From assembly GCA_051294905.1 (NCBI GenBank), contig CM119372.1, positions 26,600,001 through 26,664,000 of the forward strand: DNA of 64,000 bases. Direction: 5' to 3'. The notes beneath the pieces are model-generated. The model saw only the letters and a list, made by a program, of their open reading frames with translations. It was not told where the DNA came from and made no database searches. Position 1 is the stretch's first letter; every line of letters begins with the position of its first letter. Both the position numbers and the translations under genes were made by a program. This DNA comes from Botryllus schlosseri (lineage: Eukaryota). This document shows positions 11,848-24,154 of this stretch, piece after piece.

Positions 11848-12967
11848 TCAAACGCCGTAGTTGTTCCACGATATGAGACGGCCGTCTTTGACCGCCTCCA
11901 TGATCACCTTTTTCTTGAAAAGCAACATCGTGAACGACTTCCACCTCCTCGCCATCTTCATCACCACCTTCGGACCCGCGTCCCACGCGTAATACATCAG
12001 CGAGCGCTTGCCGGATTTACCGCCCGCTTTCCGGATATACTTGGAATCCGGCGCGCCTGACTTCTCCCGTAAAATACCCGTCACGAGAACGTCCTCGAGG
12101 TGAAAGTCTTTCCAGTCTGTGACGGTGGAAACCCCATATATAGACGCCATTTTCGAACCGGTCATGGTGTACATACCGCCGTGACAAAACGGCGGGTAGA
12201 TGTGGTTCGAATATAAGACCGGGTTGATACCATACTTGCTCCGGCTGGAGCGGATGGGCCGCCCGCGCGCGTCGTACGAAAACCCGCAATAGATAGTGTC
12301 TGGGTTTAAGCGTTTAGTCCGGAAAATAGAGGTAGGGTCGTCGGAGCGGCGTAAAGATAGTTTAACATATTCGGTTAAATTGGCGGCGTTCTCTTTGTAG
12401 GCAGTGTTGTAGTTTGTGAGAGTGTCGTTCATGGTCACGGTGGGGTTGGCGGACTTTAGTATCTCGAACAGTTCCGCCTCGTCGCGGCTTAACGTTAATT
12501 TTTCCGCTTCTTCGCCGTTCCGAGAGATTATTTCCACTTGCGAATTTGACCGAAGCGGGCTCATTTCCCCGTAAATTTCGAGGTTCTCTTTCAAATCCGC
12601 GTCTGCGGATTTACGAGCTTTTTCTCCGCCTGCCGTGTCTTCAATTTTGAGAAAGTCGCCGTCTTTTTGTAGTTTAGGCGATTTCCGGTCGCTGGCCATC
12701 GGTGGCAGAGTGACTTCGTTCACGGTGGCCTTTTTGAAGAGTTCGATCGATTGGATTTCTTTTACGCTAGATGGAGCTGGCGAGTTCTTTTCGGTCGCCT
12801 TGGTTTCCTCCGCTTCGTCGTCGAATTGCAGCTGGCCGAAGTAGTTTGCGATTTCGGCGATGTTCATCACGCAGTCGTCGTCCGTGAACGTGTAAAAGTC
12901 GCTGGTGACTTCCGAGGACCGGGATATAAGCCACTGCATTGAGGAGAGCACCTTGGCTGGAAGGTTA
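11848..12967 (-). CDS. GT31 glycosyltransferase-like gene, last coding exon
   Basis: Acceptor TTTCTTTTCCAG|T. The spliced junction gives EGYR-NLPAKVLSSMQW (GT31 Y-x-N-L-x-x-K motif). Contains TDDD (DxD), IYCG, PIRS..SKY, YPPFCHG and EDVLVTG. TGA stop at 11848-11850. Confidence 0.92.
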
Positions 12968-13170
12968 CTGGAAAAGAAACATATACGTTTGAGAGCACGC
13001 GTGTTTAAATGCAGTGAAACCGTTTTTATTGAAAAATTCTTCCATTCAATAATTCAATACTCATTCAAACGTAATCAATACATATATGACGTAACGCAGT
13101 CAAACTTTGCAAATGATGTGGTTGAGTGCGCATTTCGCAAGCTCTGGTCTGCTTTTTCCAAAATAGATTA

Positions 13171-13791
13171 CACTGCGCAACAATTTTGAACTAAAAATTT
13201 GTTGACTTTGATTTTGCACTTGATTAAGGCTACTTTTGGTATGCTGATTCCAAAAATGCAGCTGGTGTTCTTCTATCACGTCAAGTTTTTGCTCTAGGAC
13301 ATATGCCGAAAATATGCAAATTTTCACGAATTCAGCCATATTACTTTTCCATACCATATAGAAATCCACACTTTTATCATACAATAAGTTATATAGCCAA
13401 GACGTCAATTGCAAAAAGGTAGTGGTATTGATAGGCCGATGCTTTCACCCATGGATGCAATCATCCGAGGATATTTCAGACACATATTTGCACTTTATTT
13501 GTCCTGCAGAAGCAATATCAGTTTAAATCAACCAAATAAAGCAGTGTAAATGTTTATTTGGAGTCTATCAATTTACTTTCGACTGCTTGTGGTTTTTGAA
13601 ACGTTTTATACAATAAACACAAAATATTAAATGTAGTACTTTTATGTGGGTTATGAGACAATGAGGTGGGTCTCTACCCCAAAGACTTGACTTGATGGAG
13701 AAAAAATGGAAGTCATTTTCGAATTCAGCGCCCATAAGTCAGTCGTGATCAATTGTCTGAGCAAAGTCAAGAAAAATTGTGTCTATCAGTG
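13171..13791. mobile_element. Chapaev3-like (CMC) non-autonomous DNA transposon
   Basis: Termini CACTG...CAGTG with imperfect TIRs (ACAATTTT..TTGACTTTG / CAAAGTCAA..AAAATTGT). 3-bp TSD TTA on both sides. Confidence 0.65.
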
Positions 13792-14637
13792 TTATGATTA
13801 TAATTACATCTTTATAGTCTTTTGCAAATTAAACTAGAATTGGAATTACAGCGACACAGTTTTCTACAAATTAGATTAGAATTAGAAATACCGAATTTGC
13901 TAATACTAAGAAATTAAACCTAGATCAGTTCGTATCATATCGTAGTTCATTTTCATCAGGACCTGACAATATCGCATGTTGGTACAATGTGTACAGCAAG
14001 GTTGGCTCGTTTTGCACCACACAGTTCTTCTGTATCATTCTCAGGAAAACCAGGAATTAGATTCGAATTGAAATTATAGCATAGAAACATTTCACAAAAT
14101 AAATAAGAATTACAATGAAAGCAAAGGGCCATTTCAGAAGTTAGATTGAAATTAGATCACCGGGATTTCGCCCTAATTAGTCTAACTAGACGAGTAAAAT
14201 TATCTAGTCAAATTCTGGGTCAATACGTTTGTTGGAGATGGCCACACAACTCATTGAGCAAAATTACACGGATTTCATTGCTGATTTAGGCCGCGGACAG
14301 TTGTCGGACTTATAGCTCACACCAACTTCACGCTTGTCTGCCATTCTTTAAGTGCTTCACAATTTCGAGATTTTGCATTCCCAGTGTCCGTGCATTTTCT
14401 GTCCTTCAAATCCAAAATATGCCACAATATGCAGAGTAGAGACTATTTTTTTTATTTTTTTGTACGAAGCATAGCAACATCTAGCGACTGTGAATATGTC
14501 ATGGGGATTGGGGTGGCCATCCGCAAGTTAGGTCGTGATGCTTGGAATACCTCGATGTGCTGTGATGACTTCACTAGTTAATTAATGTACAAAGCGGAAT
14601 GTCATTCGATTCTACGATTGTACCGGAGAGTCTAGGA

Positions 14638-15861
14638 CAGTGATTCTCAACCTTTTTGGACTCGCGGCACCCTTTCAAAATCAAAAAACAGTTCGTGGCA
14701 CACTAGCACATAGTGGTTTTGAAATGGCTCGACGGTTTGTCAGATAAGTCTGTGTGCTTTTTTAAAAGTGCCCCTTCAATTTACGTGGCACCATAGCGTC
14801 ATTAGACAATTTTGCATGACAGATAACTGTGAGGCAATTATAGGTACGGGTTGTGATTCATCATCTCACAAAGTGATGCGCATTACGCATATTTAGATAA
14901 CTGTCGCAATATACACGTGCTCTATAGCTTTCTTTTCTAATATATTTCCACTTCCAGAATCTCTTTTCTTAGCTGCAATGATCATCACCGAGTGACTTGG
15001 TTCCTTTCTTTCAAAATAAACTTCTCCATTTTAATATTTCTAAAAGGCTTCTCTTGGAAGTAGGCTAAACAGGTCGTCGTATTTCTCGGGCCAAAATATC
15101 GTTCATTCCAGATTACAACAAGCAGGGCGTATTCAGACTAACGTAAAGGCGGTCATTTTGATTTACTAACGGTTTAAGTTGCCACACTCCCGCATTGTCG
15201 ATGTAATTAATCATGGATGACAAACGAAATTCCATGTAGATCGTGTTGCACGCGTGAGGATATTTCTACTCTGGCAGCCACCCGTAGTTCAATTATAGAG
15301 TTCCATGCTTCCAGCAAACCGGGATAATAACCTCTGCGGCCGGAAAATTGGCTTCCCTGTTCTCAAATTCGTCGCCTGTAACAACTTTGCGCCACAAGCC
15401 TATATTTCAACGGCATGGTAGGCACGCTGTCTAACAATCACAATGTGGATGGCTAGTTTGTAATTCGGATTCGTAAACGTGATTATCACTTCCAAATGAT
15501 TTCATTTCTCACTTGTGCTTAGGTAGACAATGAGAATTTGAAAATTGCATTATCACACAGGAACAGCCATGTCTGCTATTCTCTGCGATCAATCAACGTA
15601 TTGTGCAAAGCTTAATCCATCAAAGCACGCGATATGTCGGGAAAAGCGAATTGGCGGGGATATTGATTGCCTGCATTTCAGCAATTGTGATTTGTCAAAT
15701 GTAGGTACTTCATATCGAGCCCGATTTAGGTTATTGATTGTTTGCTATAGAGTAGAATTATTTAGCGTATAATTTCAAGATTTCAAGAAATCTCTCGCGA
15801 CAACCTTGCTAGACGTGATTAGCGCACTGGTGTGCCACGGCACACCGGTTGATAACCACTG
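14638..15861. mobile_element. hAT-Charlie-like non-autonomous element
   Basis: TIR CAGTGATTCTCAACC / GGTTGATAACCACTG. TSD GTCTAGGA/GCCTAGGG (6/8). Confidence 0.75.
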
Positions 15862-17524
15862 GCCTAGGGTTTTGACCAGGTCCAAGCTCCAAGTAAAACA
15901 AGTGGTGATGTTTTATTGGGAAAGTAATCGCGGGACATTGTTGGTAGCTGAATTTTCGAGTTGTATGTAGCGATTTCGACGGGGACAACATAACGCAAAG
16001 AAGTCATACATATGTTTGAAATAGTTTTGTCAAGTTGTAATCGCTCCCACATGCCCGCTGTGTATTCCACATAATTTTTCTGTCCTGCCGGAAAACTTGA
16101 GATTTTTGTTTTACAGATTTAGCGAGGAAATATACGCTATCCAACTGTTAAACCAGGTGTTGTTGAACTTTAGTGATCGCGGACCCTATAAATTTTGTGG
16201 GTGCTGGCGCGTACCTCCGAAATTTCATATGCAGATGACCAAAATTAAATTAAAACATCATCACATCAGGCTCAACTTTATTTAGGCTGCTCCACGGCTA
16301 AAATAAGCTAACTAATGACTTGACAAGGTAGGAACAGTCCTACACACGGCGTCAGTTTTAAATAATAATAATCTGGTTTTGAAGTTTCTTGATGATGTAT
16401 TTCAACGTTGCCTTTCCCCGGATCCCAGTTTAACAAACCCTGAGCTAGACTGTTACCCGTACCATCACCGAAGCCACCGTTCCAAATACAACGTGTGGTA
16501 TGGGGAATGCTATAGCTATATTAGGATTGGTTGTCACGTTCATTTCAAATGTTGTCTTACACATCACATCAAACATTCCGAGAGAACGTCAAACCGGGAA
16601 ATAAGTAACACCGAGCATATGATGTATATCCGTGATCGTTTGCCTAACTCTAACAGCTTGGATCTCATATACACTTCGGTCTACCGAGTAATATTGATGA
16701 CAAGGGGGGTCAATGAGGTCCTCGCGGAATTGCACTGTTCACCATGTGGTGTCACACACGGAAGCGTAATCGCAGGAAATGTATGAAAACAAGACGCATT
16801 ATGTGCTGCCAGCTCAGTGATAACCGACCTCTGACTGATTGCGTACCAGCTCGCAAAGTTTACTATCTCTGCGTGCCATAAAGTCACAGTAAGACATAAC
16901 ATAATTATAACAAAATAGCCCTTCAAGGATCTCTTTGTAGTTTTCGTAATTTTCGTAAAAATTGTGAAGGCAAAGTGGCCTATCACAAGAATGGCTCCAG
17001 AAAATTATAACTACAGGTGGTGCATCAGATTACGGGTCATGTTGCGGTACGCAACTAACGGGAGAACTTCCTGGATAACAAATCAAGCGCCAACATTAAT
17101 ACCGATAAACTCCTTTATCATGCATAGGCAGCGGCCAGATAAGCTTGAACTGAACACCACATCAGGTCAGTTCGTTCTATAGACACCGCAATGCTTTGTT
17201 TACGTCTGGTGAACAGGCCAAGATTGAGAACGATACGAAAATGTGGCGATCCACAACACACAACTACTGGTATGTGCCTGCTGCCTATAATACTGAAGTT
17301 CATAAAGTTTTTTTGGATAATGCTCCCTTTTGCTACAATGCTGACAATATTCACCCCCAATGTACTTACATGGCAGTGGTGACTGATCAACTTTGACTCG
17401 AGTTATGAAACTCAGCTATAGTAGATGCGTCTGATCTGTGCTGAAGCAGCTCAGAAACACTTCATTGACAATTGAGTCTAGTGAATTGAAAGTAATATAG
17501 TGAATGTCGTGGGAACGTTTATAG

Positions 17525-18943
17525 CAGGGGTGGCAAACTCAACTTACGCCGCGGGCCGGATTCAAACCTGCAGATCGCTCGCGGGCCGCACCAGTCAAAT
17601 GATTCCAATATATTACCTCAAGACTCATGCCTTTGTTTTTCATTTGAATACTTTATTATCAAGCCTGTACAAGAATTATGGCAATAATACGATGACATGG
17701 CGATTGAATACAGTTATACACGGCCAAAACAGAGGCTCTTACGATGATATGGATTGCCATATTTTTATGCACCCTTTGTTTTAGTCATTTATTGGCGTCA
17801 GCCCTGCGCGTGCGTTTTGGGGAATACAAGAGCTGACCACTAATATTTGAATTCTATTTCCGTGTAACTATTATATTCTCCATGTAACCTATAACAGTTT
17901 TACATTGGCGTTTTCGCTTCAGTGGAAAACTAGTTTTGGGTTCGTTCTCCATAAAACTAAGAACTCAGTATGCACTTTTTCGCCTTCTGCAAATTGGGTG
18001 TCAACATGATCGACTTGTTCATAATGGTGACTAAAGTGAAATCACAACACCGCTATCGGATGGTTATGGCCTATGAACATTAGGGCTCTTCAAAAATGAC
18101 TTTTTTTTCTCAAATCGTACTGGCTACTTGATAAAATTGTTAGGTTACCTAATTTAAGCCTACATACAAAATTTGGTTCAATTCCAGCCAGTAACCGCTT
18201 TGCTACAGGAGAATAAAGTTTCTATTTATTATATAAAAATAATTAATAAAAAATTTGAAATTTTTCTGTTCTCCCCATGAAAGTGTTAGGCTGTCTATAA
18301 AAACGATGCTCACCAAATTTGGTTCAATTCCAACCAGTGGAAGCGGAGTTATTGCCGTCGGAAAATTTGGATTTGAATAAAATAGTACTTACGGTGACCG
18401 ATTTTTTGTTTATTTATTATAGTTGTGCTCAACGTAAATACTATTTTATTCAAATCCAAATTTTTCGACGGCAACAACTCCGCTTCCACTGGTTGGAATT
18501 GAACCAAATTTGGTGAGCATCGTTTCTATAGACAGCTTAACACTTTCGTGGGGTGAACAGAAAATTTTCAAATTTTAAATTATTTATTTTTATTTAATAA
18601 ATAGAAACTTACTTCTCCTGTAGCAAAGCGGTTACTGGCTGGAATTGAACCAAATTTTGTGTGTAGGCTTAAATTAGGTAACCTAACGATTTATCAAGTA
18701 GCCAGTAAGTACGATTTGAGAAAAAAAGTCATTTTTGAAGAGCCCTAATGAACATGCTCTACATTTGCCGTCGTGAGAAATTATTTATTGGTAGTATTTC
18801 TTACTACAAATCCCAACATTTGCGGTTAGAAATATGCTCGATCATACACACATTTTTGAATCTACTCAAAATTGCTTCGCGGACCGGATGAAACTGTCTG
18901 GCGGGCCGTATGCGGCCCGCGGGCCATATGTTCAACACCCCTG
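17525..18943. mobile_element. hAT-Charlie-like MITE hosting a palindromic element
   Basis: TIR CAGGGGTGGCAAAC / GTTCAACACCCCTG. GCGGGCCG subterminal motifs. TSD GTTTATAG/GTTTATAT. Confidence 0.82.
18081..18747. mobile_element. Fully palindromic (foldback) hAT-like MITE
   Basis: TAGGGCTCTTC...GAAGAGCCCTA with ~310-bp near-identical inverted arms. Perfect 8-bp TSD ATGAACAT. Confidence 0.92.
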
Positions 18944-20502
18944 GTTTATATATACTGCGGTGCAGGTGGGGTCATATTATCGAAGTTTTGAACTGCTATT
19001 CTGGTCTGCCACATTTAGCCTGAAGATAAGCCTCAAGAGTGTTTATTGACGCATAACATTCTGATGAGATTACACATAACTTGTGACAATGTTTACGATA
19101 CGTAGCCTACAACAAGTTGCAATATACTAGGATTGCTACCAACCTGCGAAAAGTGAAATCATTCAGTTATTGTAAACTCAAACATTTGGGAAGGTTAATC
19201 GCAAAGGCAACATCATGACTTTAAAGATTCATAATTCGAAATAGCACTTATCCAAAGTGCGTTTATGTAATACATTAGCAATGCTCACTGGGCAAGGATT
19301 TGCGTCCGAAACATCCAGATTTCGATTGCATTTCTATTTACTGCTGGTAGCCGACATAATATGGCTTTTGGCTTTAAGAATTGAATTTCAATTCATTTCG
19401 AAATTCCGTAAGGCTCGGGTAAATTAGAGTTGTTCTGACTCGAATTGTCAGCGTGAAAATTCAAATTTACTAATTGTGTAGCGCTCGCCCAATTAGATTC
19501 ACATCATCCTACAACCATCTATCAATAACACCTCGCAACATTACTATGGCAAGTCAGTTTCGTCATGTTACTCCATTAGTCACTGTGATCTTTTTCCGAA
19601 AAGAAGCTATCGAGACATAAACGATAATATTTACGGACAATTGATGATTCCCTATTATAATATATATGTTATTGTGATTGTGACGCATTACAGTAATTGT
19701 AAGCAATATGCAACATGAATGGTACAACGCAAACTGATTTGGGACGGGTGGAATCAACAGATGATTGATCGGGTGATTTTGATATTCGACCGCGGAAAAT
19801 GGAAGAGGTCTGCCTGCAAAGCATTGCGGAAATCTGTCCTGTTAACGGGAGACTTGGATGTAAGTTTGAAAACAAGTCACCAACGGGAGAGTTTGAGACG
19901 CAGCGCATTAACGCGAATTTATGTTAACAACATTCCAGGATGTTTGTTATATTGACAGTCAACTGGATTAAAAACGATATGTTCAAAATGTAATCGTTCC
20001 CATAAAGAATAACTGTAGTCTTGTCTTTGTGGAGAAGCCGAATAAATACCATCACATATCAACTAGTCCGTCATAAATTATACGTCATCACGTGCAAGAT
20101 CTAAAATTCTAAATTCTAAAAGACGCCCTTGGCCACCAGTTCGCCAGTGAAAACCAGGACTTGGCATCCTAGAATCCTAAGTGTTGAGTATAGTCCTCGC
20201 AGAAGCCTAGTGCGGAAGTGGGTCCCGCTATACCTTGACAGTTCTGGAATCAGCAACAAAATAATGGAGTTGGTCACGATTAGGATTGTAATATCAACAG
20301 CTAGTGCAATAGCAAATTAGTTGTAGTAATTTATTTTCCAAAAGGCCATAGTCGCTGAAATATTCAAGGGCATATCAGTTTACCTAAGTTACATGGGCAG
20401 TATCGTCACGATATCCGGATCATTTCTAGATGACGACATGAACGTCTCCCAAATACCGTAACGTCCTCGCGCCATGTACATTTTCGCCCGATGTATGTTA
20501 CG

Positions 20503-20914
20503 TGGGCTTACCATATACATCCTCTTTTAGAGGATTTGTCCTCTTTTTTAACTTTTTTGAAAGTGTCATTGGAGGACGCCCAAATGTCCTCTTTTTGAGA
20601 TTTTGTCCTCTTTTTCGAGAATTTTGGTTGAATATAGGGCAAAATTCGCCTGTGATACAGTAAATCAGCACTGAAGTAACGCTGCGGAGGCTATTTCGGG
20701 AGTCGAGCCAGAAAGTTGACCTTTCCTTTTTTTAGTCAACAAACTGAGAATGTGAAAGAAAAACTGTATTTTGGGAGCAGACCGTTTCTAAATAGTCAAC
20801 CGACCACGAAGTGCAAAACATTTACTATCTTTTCAGGATTTCCCTCCGGTATCGCAAGTCTAAAAATTTTGAATGAGTGTCCTCTTTTCAGATTTTCAAA
20901 ATATGGTAACCCTA
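20503..20914. mobile_element. hAT-type MITE (TAGGGTTACCA family)
   Basis: TIR TGGGCTTACCATA / TATGGTAACCCTA. Perfect TSD ATGTTACG. GTCCTCTTTT subterminal repeats. A related one-ended inverted copy lies at 57564-57922. Confidence 0.85.
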
Positions 20915-21887
20915 ATGTTACGACTACATTGTCTTATACACAAGTCCTTTGGGAAGCAAGTAATAACTGAATTTTCCTTATCAATACACCTTCAAACCAT
21001 GGAATACATGGCGACATCCCACATTGACTCATCAAATTGAATAGAACAATTCGGATTGGCTCGAACTGTATTCATATTGAAACGACCGAGGTTATAATGG
21101 CTTATGGTGGTGATATCAGCTATCATGAACAATACTGCTTAGTCAAACGTTGTCATGAATCTTTGTTTTTACAACGGCCTGCGAATCAGCACTATGTTGC
21201 AGCGATGATTGCAGATTCCGTTTCTGGAAACCGGTCCTTTATTGCGATATTTGCATCTGACTACCCGTACGCCTGGGAACCAATGCGTCACGATATATAT
21301 CATGAGTTTATAACTGGCGCTGGGCAAAATCAAGGCTTGGGCGATTCGAGTATTAAGTTACGATTCGAGTGTTCGAGTGCCACTATTATGACGCCAAACC
21401 GGTAATAATGACCTGCAATGTTGGACAATGTACCTTCATTTGGGCGCAAGGAAATGATTCAATTACAATTTTGTATTTCTTGACCATCTTGATTACGCTT
21501 TGTGACAATAACGCGAGTCGATCGCTACCTCACGATTCCGTCAGACTTCGTGGACTTGGTTAACATGTTATGAGTCTGACCAACCCTAAATGTCGAAGCT
21601 CTCATAGTGGGAGGAAAGTATATGGAATGTACATTTTTGCTGGCTAAAATAACTAGATATGAAAGACGTCGATATTGTTACTCGAAGAAAAAAACGATTA
21701 TCATTACCCGATTCGGATTCCAGTGCTCTCTAAATAATCGTTGTGCCCAACCGCCAACCCTATTTATAAACATGCTCCGGCGGCACCTAATTTGGACATT
21801 GTGACGCTAGTTGTGTTTATGACGTCCCACCGCATCAGTGGCGTCACTGTTAAAATGCTTCTGATCATTACAAATCTTCATCTAGAC

Positions 21888-22537
21888 CAGTGGTTCCCAA
21901 CCTTTTTCGTCTCGTGTCCCGCTTGGCCGATATTTGAGCTAACCCCTCCCCCCCTATGAAAAAGTCACCTGTGACTAGAAAAATGTGCTTTTTAACGCGC
22001 AACCATTTGTTGACTGAGCAATTTCATGGCCAAACATATTCAGGTATGTCCGAACTATGTCGAATGCGCACCGCACTAAACTTTGGCCGCTGACGAAAAA
22101 TAAATCATCAAGTCCGCTTGCTATAGACTTGAGTTGAATCTATGAATTTGGTATGTTCTTCACGTTAGCTCATATGTTGACTTAAAAAGTTAAACAATTA
22201 AACTAGCGACCGCGTGCTGAATTCGGCTTGACGTATTCCTGCTTAGTAGCAATTTGGTCGAGAGGCTGACTCGGGCCCAACGAAATCGTCTCGTGAGTCC
22301 CACTTTATCAGGTGGTGCAATATCTACTGAAGGCATTTAACATACACCTAGCTTGAAATCCGCCAAAGAAACATACAATTGTAAAGAACTAATTTCTACT
22401 AACAGTTCTACACCATAAAAATCTAAAAACTTTGTGAACCCAGTGTATCTTCTGATAAAATGCCAAAGCCAGATTCCCCCTAAAAATTTCAAAATTCCCC
22501 CAAAGGGGGGAATTCCCCCCCCGGTTGGGAACCACTG
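21888..22537. mobile_element. hAT-Charlie-like MITE
   Basis: TIR CAGTGGTTCCCAACC at both ends. Perfect TSD ATCTAGAC. Confidence 0.88.
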
Positions 22538-24154
22538 ATCTAGACGCAGCCATGTACAATTGTACACATGTAAGTGTTAAAATCAGAAAATTTCGAACAT
22601 GAAAACGTCAGATAACGCAAATAATTGCATATCTTCAGATACCTGAGGTACCTACCGTAATACAAAAATGGAATGTCGAATGTAATAGACATGAGCACAG
22701 TCTGCATACATTTACAATCTGACATGGAACATGGGCGCTACAGATAACTACGGGCATAATCCGAAAATATGATCCTAGCAATTTAATAGCTAAGATACAA
22801 TAGCTTTACACATGTTATTAGCATTAAGACAAACGAATTATTAGGCAAATAGGTTAGGTGACATAACCAGACATAATTTCAAGTGGATGCGAGAATAATG
22901 TAGCACCATTCGCATAAATGTGGCCTATTTTCTGTACACAATCACACTGATTAGTGAATTGCGAACTGCCATCATCTGTAAATACACTATGTATATGACA
23001 GGCGCCACAGCAAGCAAATAAAGCGTTTAACGTAATGGAGGGGATGTAATGGTTCATTCAACGTCTACTGCGATTGGACACTGCTATTTGCTTTGCAATA
23101 TAGAACATTTACCGTGTGCGCTCCCTGGCTACACAGATGTCGACACATATGTACACATATTCATCGAATTACGTAACAATAACAATTCATAACCTTTACC
23201 AGGACGCGGTCAGTGGTCCTTGTCAGAGGCGTAGCCAGAGTGAAATAATGAAAAGGGCATTCGAATTTTCTTCGCCAGAAAGGGGAGAAGATATTTCGTA
23301 AATGACAGTTTCATTGTGTCTTTGCTTTACATACATAATCTAATCTTCCTCGAACGTCAAAGCCAATAGCTGCTTTGTCTAGCTACGCAGAATTGTGCTG
23401 AGGCCGTTTCGAGCCTCGTGTTGGAACCGATTAAATCATTTTCTAATGCAGGGGTTCTCAACCTGGGGGGCGCGTCCCCATTGGGGGGCGCGGGAAGCTC
23501 TCAGGGGGGGCGCGAGAAATTGACCACGTCTGTATGAATTCTGACTAAAAATGTGCTTAACAGTCATTCTGAGAAGACGATTGTTAAAGATGAAACTTAT
23601 TTCCCATTCAAGAAATCTCGCCAAATTCTAACCCCAGCGGTCGCGCTCAACGGAGTTTAGGCTGATTTCAACTTCATTTGAGCAAATGTTTGATATTCTT
23701 TGAAAATTTGGAGCAATTCTCACGTGTAAGTCATTCAATACTTCATATCTTTGGCAGTAGCCTAAAGTTCGGTGCGCTGGGTAGCTTTTGTTAATAATAA
23801 TTGGCGAACTGCACTGCCTAAGACAGATTTAGATACAATATAAGTTGCCCGGTTTCGCCCTCAGTTAAGTAACCATAAAAACGCAATTATTCAATTCCAA
23901 AACTGATAAAATTTAGCATGGCAGTACAGAACGATGCCGTGCCCTCTGTAGTCACTACCAGCATTAGGTGCAACCTACCTACCCAATCTATGTGCAACCT
24001 ACCTTGAAATAATTTGATGTCCTGTTCAATGTTTTATTTCTATTTTCAAACAAGTTTGGGGAAATTTGTCAGAAATGTTAAAGACTCAACAACTGGAATG
24101 CGGATTCAAACTTGGCGTAAGACATACCATGTGTAATTATGTATGCTATTAGAT

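Noticed and set aside
12017..12942. Overlapping alternative-frame and antisense ORFs within exon 4
   Set aside because: Expected shadows of a GC-rich coding exon.
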